This document shows, one piece after another, positions 9,006-16,947 of a DNA stretch of 64,000 nucleotides. A program made the translations under genes and the position numbers. Each line of letters starts with the position of its first letter. The stretch's first letter is position 1. Where the stretch lies: NCBI GenBank assembly GCA_963802945.1, contig CAWDKY010000029.1:64001-128000 (forward strand), written 5' to 3'. Below the pieces are notes generated by a model that saw nothing but the letters and a program-made list of their open reading frames with translations, was not told where the DNA came from and did not search any database. This stretch comes from an uncultured delta proteobacterium (GTDB lineage: Bacteria > Desulfobacterota > RBG-13-43-22).

Positions 9006-9338
9006 TCACTGGGCGTGTTTGCCGCATAATGCCGTCCATGGGATGGCTTCGAGCCGCTTTATGGGTATCGGTTTTCTGCAAACCTCGCAGAAGCCGTATC
9101 GGCCCGTTTCCATCATCGACAGCGCATGGTCAATAGCCTCGATCTCTTCTCTCTCCTGGTCATCCAGGTGCTCCAGGAAGTCGGCTGAGGACTCCTTCTG
9201 GGCTTTTTCTTCGGGCTCGATATCGGGCTCGGCCAGGATATGCTGCGTTTCTTCAGAGTTTCTGTGCTTTTCGAGAAGTTCGTCGCGTCTTTTGACTAAT
9301 CGCGTACGAAGGCGTCTCATCTGTTCCGATCTTTCCAT
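9006..9338 (-). CDS. TraR/DksA C4-type zinc finger protein
   Basis: Coiled coil followed by IDHAL....GRYGFCEVCRKPIPIKRLEAIPWTALC; the last ligand is His (CGKH). Confidence 0.88.
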   Translation of the reverse strand: MERSEQMRRLRTRLVKRRDELLEKHRNSEETQHILAEPDIEPEEKAQKESSADFLEHLDDQEREEIEAIDHALSMMETGRYGFCEVCRKPIPIKRLEAIPWTALCGKHAQ

Positions 9339-9694
9339 AAGGACCTCCTGCCTGCAGGATTGTAGTGTCTTCCCTTTGTGCCTTATCTAATATAAGTCAG
9401 ATAGTCCGATTTTAAAAGAGGTCTCAGTAGATTCCCGCACATGAATATTTGGGGATCAAAAAGTTGATCATAGGCCTAAAATAAGCCTCTTTGTTTGAAT
9501 AGTATGATGATATTTTAAATAGGTGTCATCTCCCGACTACTCAAAAATCAATAAAAAACATAATTGAAATTAACAATTGTTGTGTGTATTTTCCCCCTCT
9601 TCCTCTCCTCAGATATTTTTTTGGTATTATGTCCTTTGATTTGGAGCTTTTTACAAAGCCATATATATTTTGACTTTTTACGAACTCGGCTGCC

Positions 9695-10039
9695 TTATTT
9701 ACCACAGCATTTTTTATATTTTTTCCCGCTTCCACAAGGACAGGGCTCGTTGCGTCCAACTTTTTTTTCGGCTGTCGTTGGTTTTAATGGACTCAGCAAT
9801 CTTTCTAAATCGGTAATATCCTCCGGTTGATCCGGTTCCAATCCAATGGTATATTTCCAATTGTTTTTTTCAAATATGGTTGCCACTTCTTTCATTTTTT
9901 CTTCTGTTTGTACACGAACAACTGCCGGATTCTTTTCAGTCCCTAATTTTGCCGTTTTTTTAACAGCAAACATTCTTGCCCTTTTTTCTCCATCAAAAGT
10001 AGTTGCTTTCTTGGTACCATCAACAAATATTTTCCCCAT
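9695..10039 (-). CDS. SEC-C metal-binding motif protein (PBPRA1643-like)
   Basis: [22 protein letters not shown]-terminal [19 protein letters not shown]. Confidence 0.85.
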   Translation of the reverse strand: MGKIFVDGTKKATTFDGEKRARMFAVKKTAKLGTEKNPAVVRVQTEEKMKEVATIFEKNNWKYTIGLEPDQPEDITDLERLLSPLKPTTAEKKVGRNEPCPCGSGKKYKKCCGK

Positions 10040-10151
10040 TTTTCTCCTTTAAAAATTATGATAGGATTCACCAACCACCTGACCTCAAACGGCAGGAGCA
10101 CTAATTGGTGCCGCCTGCATGGCCTGGGCGGTCACTCCAGCCTGTTTTCTG

Positions 10152-10262
10152 TCATGGTTTTCTTTTCGGTTGCTTGACCAGCTTATTTTTTGCTTTTTGG
10201 TCCTGTTTGTTTGTCCTCTGTTTCTGCCCTTTGTCCTTATCCTTCTTGCCTTTGTCTCCCAT
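10152..10262 (-). CDS. Small Lys-rich peptide (36 aa), absent from the ORF track
   Basis: MGDKGKKDKDKGQKQRTNKQDQKAKNKLVKQPKRKP*, with AAAGGAG RBS about 8 nt upstream. Confidence 0.6.
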   Translation of the reverse strand: MGDKGKKDKDKGQKQRTNKQDQKAKNKLVKQPKRKP

Positions 10263-10452
10263 TGGGTTAGCTCCTTTCTCTGCTGTCCTTCATCTTTTCA
10301 ACGCGAGGGCACGGCGAGTAGTGTCAGGTCTATAATGTTTCATTCCCTTTATCATTAACCAAATCGTTTAGACTTCTGTTTAGATGTGTAAAGTAAAATC
10401 CCAGATAGTCGGTACGATTATCCCAAGGATCGCCTGCTCCTGGAATAGACAG

Positions 10453-10520
10453 ACTTAAAGTCCAAGCTGATAGACCCGCCCCCAGATGTGTACAAAATAA
10501 GTATACTGTCATCGGAATTC
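10453..10520. repeat. ~65-bp repeat, copy 3
   Basis: ACTTAAAGTCCAAGCTGATAGACCCGCCCCCAGATGTGTACAAAATAAGTATACTGTCATCGGAATT aligns with 7974-8040. Confidence 0.75.
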
Positions 10521-10571
10521 GGCGCACATCCACCCTGAGGGCGCCATAAGTCGTAGCGCTCAATGGTGTTA

Positions 10572-11342
10572 TTAGATTTCGTACTTTGTAATGACATTGT
10601 CAACTAGGTCGATAATAAAATCGGTAGTCTTTACCTCGGAGATGCTTATGGAAGAGGGGTGAGCTGAGGAATTTCTAATACCTAGTTTTGTGTCGAGTAT
10701 CTTGCGAACGTCATTGCTTATGATCTTGGCCCCTCTAGCGAGTTCAACCAGTTTGCTCTCCGGCATCTCGGTGAAGTCATCGATCTTGGAAATTCTAGAA
10801 ATTTTGATTCTTTTGTCTTTGTCTTTTGCTAATGCTGAGTTGAATGACGATAATTCATTTTTCAGGATGTATTCGCAAAGGTGATAGACGGCAAGAATCC
10901 AAACCAAAACTATCGCCGCTCTTCTGGCACCAATTTCATAACAATCAATAGCTTCTTGAAGAAACGATTGCTCCTTTTTATCTCTAAGCTTGGAAAGTAA
11001 TGCCCGGAGCAAGTAGCTCGTTTCGATTTTAGCTGGTCCAGTATGGAGAGATTTTTGAATATATAGTTGATAACTTCGTTCAAGTTGGTAGCCATCGCGC
11101 GTTTTAATATATTTTGGTTTATCGCCCCCCTTACCTTTGAAGCTCCGTGAAAGGTATGCAGGGATGTTTGAATACTTGTTAAGTCTACTGAGACTGAAAC
11201 ACGCCTCAACGTCCGACGCTTGGACAGCATCCTTGGATTCGATTACGGTCAGGTAATAAACGAAATAGTCGATCAGACTAGCAGGAGTCTGCGTATCAAG
11301 ATCCGGCACTTGCAATAGAAAATTATCCAGCTTCTCGTTCAC
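10572..11342 (-). CDS. Hypothetical protein: putative N-terminal wHTH-like domain plus C-terminal HEPN-like domain
   Basis: FLQEAIDCYEIGARRAAIVLVW helix and RNSSAH (Rx4H) motif, typical of HEPN RNases. GTG start 2 nt after the upstream stop. Confidence 0.7.
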   Translation of the reverse strand: MNEKLDNFLLQVPDLDTQTPASLIDYFVYYLTVIESKDAVQASDVEACFSLSRLNKYSNIPAYLSRSFKGKGGDKPKYIKTRDGYQLERSYQLYIQKSLHTGPAKIETSYLLRALLSKLRDKKEQSFLQEAIDCYEIGARRAAIVLVWILAVYHLCEYILKNELSSFNSALAKDKDKRIKISRISKIDDFTEMPESKLVELARGAKIISNDVRKILDTKLGIRNSSAHPSSISISEVKTTDFIIDLVDNVITKYEI

Positions 11343-11344
11343 GG

Positions 11345-11908
11345 TTACTCGCTATCCTCTGCCTTGCCAAGATCATGTTCTAAATAATTGATCCCAGCAA
11401 TGGGAACCTTAATGTCTTCAAGCGAGCTTGTATCGATCCACCCTTTGTGATGGGATGTATCGAGCAGGCTTTGGGCCAGCGCCATTGGAGATTTAATTCC
11501 CTTGATGTGGCGATAACATGTGAAGACGTGATCCACTGTAATAGGAGTATGCTCAATAACTTGCTGCAAGTAGTAACAAAACACTAGATTCTTCTCGAAA
11601 TTCGACTTAGCCGAGTATTGCTCATAGAAGTCCTTCAGATTAGATTTCTTACCTTTTCCGGAGAGATCAAGATCCTTAACGATTTTCGGTGCTGTCTTAC
11701 CCGTGTTGGCCTTTCGTTTCTTGGCAGACTTTCCTGCTTGTTTGTCTGGTTGCGTTCTTCCTATCGTCTTAGTTTGAGACCGATGTTTCAGGTGCGTCTG
11801 CTGGATTTGTTCCTTGAAGTCCGTGTAAATGGAGAGAACGAATTCCTCAGTTCCCTCAGCTTCAATTGTTCCCTGGGTCAAGTCGATTCTGATTCTTGTT
11901 TGAGTCAT
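11345..11908 (-). CDS. Hypothetical protein: small N-terminal domain, Lys-rich linker, putative C-terminal wHTH-like domain
   Basis: ATG 11908 with AGGAGAGG RBS. RIRIDLTQGTIEAEGTEEFV N-terminus; LVFCYYL...TVDHVFTCYR...KGWI...VPIAGINYLE C-terminus. Confidence 0.7.
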   Translation of the reverse strand: MTQTRIRIDLTQGTIEAEGTEEFVLSIYTDFKEQIQQTHLKHRSQTKTIGRTQPDKQAGKSAKKRKANTGKTAPKIVKDLDLSGKGKKSNLKDFYEQYSAKSNFEKNLVFCYYLQQVIEHTPITVDHVFTCYRHIKGIKSPMALAQSLLDTSHHKGWIDTSSLEDIKVPIAGINYLEHDLGKAEDSE

Positions 11909-11932
11909 TCTTCCTCTCCTTTCAAAATTTAT

Positions 11933-12287
11933 CAAGTTATTCTAAAGTCTTCTGTATATCTCCCCAAGCCAAGGGGGCCATCGGGATTATCATTAATGGA
12001 TATTTATCTTGACTTAATTACCCGAAGACATCCCTCCACACAAATTTTTTATGGCTATAACCGGCACGGGTTTTAACATTAATAGGATCGTAGGTAAAGG
12101 GAATGCTTGGTTGATTGGATGGATCTTTTGGGATATGGGTCTGGGCCATAAATCTCCTTAAGATCTTAAAGAAAGAAATTTGGAAAAATTGGTTAGACTT
12201 GGTCAGTATAACATAACCAGTTAAATTGTCGAGAAATTTCTTATGGAAGAAATACGTTTATTAAGAAGTGTAAAAACTTGAGCAAAT
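11933..12287 (-). repeat. Promoter/leader-ORF/crossover module, copy 1
   Basis: Degenerate direct repeat of 13886-14271. Minus strand has TCGACA-N16-TATACT with extended -10 TG, AGGAGA RBS and a 43-aa ORF (12149-12018). Confidence 0.85.
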
Positions 12288-12395
12288 GGGGGGGAAAGGG
12301 TATTTTTCGACTCATAGTAGCATAGTGGAACCCCAAAGGTTCGGCAAATACCTTCAATGTCCTTTTGCGAGGCCTGGTCTAAATGACCCATTGTT

Positions 12396-13787
12396 TCATG
12401 ACCCCCTTACAGAATTTTGCCTATTGCCCGAGTAACATATAAAGTCTTCATACACCTTGCGATTCAACTGGATATTCCTTCTGTATGAAAGGTTGCCCAC
12501 GAGACTGAGCCACGGCTTGCGGCGTTGCCATATGTTGCTCCACACCCTGCGCAGAATGCGCGGCATGGAGTAGAAACCCCGGTCGCAGGTAATCTTTTCC
12601 TGAATCACGTCGGCAAGAGATAAATGCCTATATCGGGCAACCGGGAAGGTCAGCGTGTAATATTTCCAGTCTTCCGGAAACCTATTAAGGGCGATGCGGT
12701 CCTCCGATTTCATCCGGTCCCACAGGCGCGTGCCCGGCAAGGGCGTCAGAAATAACGTGTTGAGATTGTCTACGCCATACCGACTGGCCACCTCGGCGAT
12801 ACGTTTGCCGATGCCCGGCTCGTCTATGTCCAGACCGATGACAAAGGACCCTACGACCAGTATCTTGTGCCGCTGTATACGCTGCACGGAGGTGCGGAAG
12901 TCCCGGCCCTTCAGTAGGTTGAATTTCTTGCCGATTTCCCGAAGCCCTTCCGGTGAGAGGGACTCAAAGCCGATAAAGACGCCTCGGCACCCGGCCTTCG
13001 CGGCCAATGAAAGGAGTTCTTCATCATCGGCGAAGTTAATGGTGACCTGGGCAACCCATTCCTTTCGCAGGTTCGCTTGTGACATGGCACGGAACAGGTC
13101 CTTGGCGCGGGCGATATGTTCAGGACGTGTGCCGATGAGATTATCGTCCACCAGCAGAACATGTTTCTCGCGGATCAACTGGAATTCCCGGACGATATCC
13201 GGAATGGGTCGCAGCCTGTAGTGGGCACCGTTAAAGGCTGTCACGCTGCAAAAGGTGCAGTTCAGTGGGCAGCCTCGTGTGGTCTGAATAGCTCCGAGGG
13301 CGTATCCCGTATTAAGCAAATCATGGCGGGCTAAGGGGACATCGTCGATCTCGGCGAGCCCTCCGTCATACCGGCGCTTCAGACTCCCACGTTGGGCATC
13401 CTCCAGGACCTCCCGCCAGATGCTCTCAGCTTCCCCTGTGACAACCGAGTCCACACGCTCCATGACCTCCTCTAAGCACATGGTTGCGTGAATACCGCCC
13501 ATGACGACGGGCACACCCAGACTCCGGAAGGAAGCGGCCACTTCATAGGCGCGGGTCGCCTGGGAAGTGAAAGCGGTAATGCCCACCAGGTCCGGCCGCG
13601 GCATGGCTGAATAGTCCGGCACTCCGAGGTTCTCGTCCACAATCGAGATTTCCCACTCCGGCGGGGTCAGTCCCGCGAGAACCATAAGGCCGAGGGGTTT
13701 CCACACCCGGTACCGGTTCCAGCGGCTCTCATTGATTTTGGTGATGGCGACCAGTGGGTTTGAAGGGTTGATCAAATATAGTCGCAT
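12396..13787 (-). CDS. B12-binding domain radical SAM protein
   Basis: N-terminal cobalamin-binding Rossmann motifs (PLGL, DLVGIT, VVMGGIHAT, GEAE), RGCPLNCTFC CxxxCxxC, IGFES and TPLPGT. Confidence 0.92.
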   Translation of the reverse strand: MRLYLINPSNPLVAITKINESRWNRYRVWKPLGLMVLAGLTPPEWEISIVDENLGVPDYSAMPRPDLVGITAFTSQATRAYEVAASFRSLGVPVVMGGIHATMCLEEVMERVDSVVTGEAESIWREVLEDAQRGSLKRRYDGGLAEIDDVPLARHDLLNTGYALGAIQTTRGCPLNCTFCSVTAFNGAHYRLRPIPDIVREFQLIREKHVLLVDDNLIGTRPEHIARAKDLFRAMSQANLRKEWVAQVTINFADDEELLSLAAKAGCRGVFIGFESLSPEGLREIGKKFNLLKGRDFRTSVQRIQRHKILVVGSFVIGLDIDEPGIGKRIAEVASRYGVDNLNTLFLTPLPGTRLWDRMKSEDRIALNRFPEDWKYYTLTFPVARYRHLSLADVIQEKITCDRGFYSMPRILRRVWSNIWQRRKPWLSLVGNLSYRRNIQLNRKVYEDFICYSGNRQNSVRGS

Positions 13788-13885
13788 AGCGCGTATTCGG
13801 TCCTGGTCATGGAGGTCCTTGTCTTCTCCTTTTGCTCACTTCCGTTTTCGTGAATGATTTGTTGTAATTCCTATTCTTTGGCTAA

Positions 13886-14271
13886 CAAGTTATTCTGTGG
13901 TTTCTTAATATCTCCCCAACCCAAAGAGGCCTTCAGGGGTATAGTTAATGGCTGTTTATCTTAACTTAATTGCCCGAAGACATCCCCCTACACCTTTAAG
14001 ATTATATAGAAACGTCAGGATTATTTTTGTTTTATCAGAGGGATAATCGGGACGGGTCTTAACAATAAGAGGATTATGGGCAAAGGTAATGAATGATTGA
14101 TTGAATGGATCTTTTGAGACATGGATCTTGGCCATAAATCTCCTCAAGATCTTGAAGAAAGAATTTTGAAGAATCTTAAACTAATGGTCATTATAACATA
14201 ACCAGTTAAATTGTCGAGAAATTTCTTGTGGAAGAAACAGACTTAATAGGGTGTGTGAAAACCTTGACAAA
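13886..14271 (-). repeat. Promoter/leader-ORF/crossover module, copy 2
   Basis: Homolog of 11933-12287. TCGACA-N16-TATAAT, AGGAGA RBS, 59-aa ORF (14135-13956). Ends at GTTAGCC (GTTRRRY, 13886-13880). Confidence 0.85.
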
Positions 14272-14352
14272 GATTGATTACTGTGTAGAATTTCACACAA
14301 GGCATATTTTACAATAGTCTTAAAATGTTATCATTTAAAATGAAAAATGAAA

Positions 14353-14401
14353 TTATAATAAATGTCGGTACTTGACTGTAAATACCGACATTTATTATAA
14401 T
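14353..14401 (+). promoter_or_regulatory. AbiE promoter with perfect 18-bp inverted-repeat operator
   Basis: TTATAATAAATGTCGGTA-N12-TACCGACATTTATTATAA overlaps TTGACT (14372)-N18-TATAAT (14396). Confidence 0.8.
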
Positions 14402-14407
14402 ACCCCC

Positions 14408-15016
14408 ATGAAATCAACGAAATCACTGGAAAGCATACTGAATAAGGTAAACATTGGGGCTTTTTTTCACCCGCGCCATCTTGAGCCTTTTGGCATTTCA
14501 TTTCAAGATCTCCAGCGCCTGGTAAAGATGGACAAAATTGAAAAGGTTGGAAAGGGTCTCTACCGCCTGACAGCAATCAAACCGACCGAATTGGAAACCA
14601 TCGCCATGGTTTGTTCCGCTGTCCCTTCGGGAATTATTTGCTTGCTTTCGGCGCTTCTCATCCACGAAATCGGGACACAGAACCCTCATGAAATCTGGCT
14701 GGCGATCGACGTGAAGGCTCGCAAACCAGCCCATCTTCCGGCACGTGTGCGGTTCTTCCGTTTCTCCGGTGTCATGCTCACTTATGGCGTCCAGACTCGA
14801 ACGGTTCAAGGGATTCCAGTACACATCACCTCACCGGCTCGTACGGTGGTGGATTGTTTCCGTTATCGTAATAAAATCGGAATTGATGTAGCTATCGAGG
14901 CTCTTCGCGATGCCGTCCGCTCTCGCAAAGCGACCGTTGATGAGATCGTACGGGCCGCCGAGGCATGCCGTGCCCGGACTATAATGCGGACCTACCTGGA
15001 ATCTTTGACCCCATGA
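14408..15016 (+). CDS. abiEi: Type IV TA antitoxin, AbiEi family transcriptional regulator
   Basis: wHTH KVGKGLYRL, ICLLSAL..H, ARTVVDCFRYRNKIGIDVAIEAL motifs. ATG 14408 is in frame with the ORF-track call. Confidence 0.85.
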   Translation: MKSTKSLESILNKVNIGAFFHPRHLEPFGISFQDLQRLVKMDKIEKVGKGLYRLTAIKPTELETIAMVCSAVPSGIICLLSALLIHEIGTQNPHEIWLAIDVKARKPAHLPARVRFFRFSGVMLTYGVQTRTVQGIPVHITSPARTVVDCFRYRNKIGIDVAIEALRDAVRSRKATVDEIVRAAEACRARTIMRTYLESLTP

Positions 15017-15951
15017 CTGCCCGGGTACCCCGCAACATAGCTGCTTCAGTTCATGCCAGGCTTCTGAACCGTAGTCGAGAGACAGGGGAAGACTTTCAAT
15101 TTCTCCTACACCGATATGTCGCCGAGAGATTTCTGTATCGGTTGGGCGTTTCGATATACCGTGACCATTATGTACTCAAAGGAGCGATGCTTTACGCCCT
15201 ATGGGGTGGATCGATTTACAGACCAACCCGTGACCTTGACTTTACAGGATATGGGAGCAGCCTAACCGAGGATGTACTTTCTGCCTTTCGAAGCATCTGC
15301 GAACTTTCAGTCGAAAATGACGGACTCTCCTTTGATTCTTCCTCCTTCAAAACAGAGCCCATTCGCGATGAAACTGAGTATCAGGGAATTCGTATCCGCT
15401 TTCAGGTAAGGCTTGGCAACGCACGAATCCAAATGCAAGTTGATATCGGGTTTGCAAATGCTATAGAGCCGCCGGCATCTTATGAGTCTTACCCGATCCT
15501 CCTCGATGGGCCGTCCCCACAAATTCGGACCTATCCTCCCGAGGCAGTGGTTGCCGAAAAATTTCATACCATGGTCGTACTCGGCGAGATTAATAGCAGG
15601 TTAAAAGATTTCTATGACCTCCACGCCCTTGCCTCTCAATTTTATTTTGAAGGGGCGAGGGTCGCCCGGGCCATCGAAGTTACCTTTGAGAGGAGACGCA
15701 CAACCATCGAACCCGCCTTACCGGCAGTGCTTACACCTCGTTTTTTTACTGATGTTAGACGTAGAGAACAATGGCGCTCTTATCTTTTTCGCAACAATCT
15801 GCCCGGTGTGCCAGAGGATTTTACCGTTCTTGGGAAAGTTAATATATCGTTTCTCGTCCCTGTTTGGGGCGCTATTGCCAAACGATCAACATTTGATTTG
15901 ATCTGGCCTCCTAGGGGGCCTTGGAAACCAATCAGGAAGAAAGGCCGATAA
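15013..15951 (+). CDS. abiEii: Type IV TA toxin, AbiEii/AbiGii nucleotidyltransferase
   Basis: NIAASVHARL, ERFLYRL, VLKGA, RPTRDLD, AEKFH, NSRLKDFYD motifs. ATGA overlap with abiEi. Confidence 0.9.
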   Translation: MTARVPRNIAASVHARLLNRSRETGEDFQFLLHRYVAERFLYRLGVSIYRDHYVLKGAMLYALWGGSIYRPTRDLDFTGYGSSLTEDVLSAFRSICELSVENDGLSFDSSSFKTEPIRDETEYQGIRIRFQVRLGNARIQMQVDIGFANAIEPPASYESYPILLDGPSPQIRTYPPEAVVAEKFHTMVVLGEINSRLKDFYDLHALASQFYFEGARVARAIEVTFERRRTTIEPALPAVLTPRFFTDVRRREQWRSYLFRNNLPGVPEDFTVLGKVNISFLVPVWGAIAKRSTFDLIWPPRGPWKPIRKKGR

Positions 15952-16095
15952 TATATTGGGAAAAATCAAAAGGCTTCATTTGTGGTTAACCGATTCCCAG
16001 AATTGATTGGGCTTAAAGTTATCGAAAAAGATTTGACAAACCACGATTCATTTTTTACCAATTTCATAAACACCATTAAATTTTAGGAGGTATCA

Positions 16096-16761
16096 ATGGA
16101 AATCAGAGAGGTTATAAAAGGAAGGCGAAGCATACGAAAGTACAAAGCGGATGAAGTTTCCGAAAAAATAATCCGCGAAATTATCGAGGATGCGCGCTGG
16201 GCGCCCTCGGGCGGTAATACGCAACCGTGGGAGCTATATGTAGCTACCGGGGAATCACTTAGGAAATTTAAAGAAGCCAATCAACGAAATCTTCTCGAAG
16301 GAGTACCGTTAACTCCGGACATAGCCATGCAACAGGACTGGCCGGAAGTCATGAAAAGGCGATATCAGGCCGTGACTAAAAACACATTGACCTCCCAAAA
16401 TATTGACCGGAAAGATAAAGAGGCACGACGGCGGTTCAATGCCGAGATGTTTGCCATTTTTGATGCTCCTGGCCTTATCCTCTTCTGTCTCGACAAGGCC
16501 TTGTCTGTAGGATACGCCATGCTCGACATAGGCATGATACTACAAACCGTCTGTTCGCTGGCCTATGACCGAGGATTGGGGACCTGCATTTTAGCGGCTT
16601 CCATACTGTACCCTCAGGTTGCCAGGGAAATTCTCTTTGTCCCCGAAAGCAAAAATGTGATCATCGGCATTGCCATCGGATATCCTGACTGGGAAGCACC
16701 CGTGAATAATTTTAAGAGAGAAAGGGCGGAGTTGGATGAATTTGTCTTTTGGTTAAAGTAA
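16096..16761 (+). CDS. Nitroreductase family protein
   Basis: RRSIRKY, APSGGNTQPW, GLGTC and IGYP motifs. Confidence 0.92.
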   Translation: MEIREVIKGRRSIRKYKADEVSEKIIREIIEDARWAPSGGNTQPWELYVATGESLRKFKEANQRNLLEGVPLTPDIAMQQDWPEVMKRRYQAVTKNTLTSQNIDRKDKEARRRFNAEMFAIFDAPGLILFCLDKALSVGYAMLDIGMILQTVCSLAYDRGLGTCILAASILYPQVAREILFVPESKNVIIGIAIGYPDWEAPVNNFKRERAELDEFVFWLK

Positions 16762-16791
16762 ACCATCACACCAGGAAAGATTGAAACTAAT

Positions 16792-16878
16792 AGGTTGCTG
16801 AAACAGGGGACCGCCCCGAAGGGGTGGGAGTGAGACGAGATGTGGGGCGAACAAAAAGGCCCATCTTTGAGCAACCTG
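16792..16878. mobile_element. MITE-like element with terminal inverted repeats
   Basis: AGGTTGCTGAAA...TTTGAGCAACCTG. Internal GACCGCCCCGAAGGGGTGGGA occurs inverted in the 17936 copy. Confidence 0.7.
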
Positions 16879-16947
16879 TAAAAAAAAGTTTTTCCACATC
16901 CTGTTAATCAATAAAACCTAAAGGGTACTATTTCTGAGGCCCAGAAT

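Noticed and set aside
9643-9690. Doubled CTTTTTAC(A/G)AA motif after the SEC-C gene
   Set aside because: It looks like the end of another small repeat element, but no partner end or second copy was found in the window, so it was not called as a feature.
7100-14300. Repeats read as a CRISPR array
   Set aside because: The repeats are degenerate, irregularly spaced and separated by genes. There is no constant repeat-spacer period and no cas gene.
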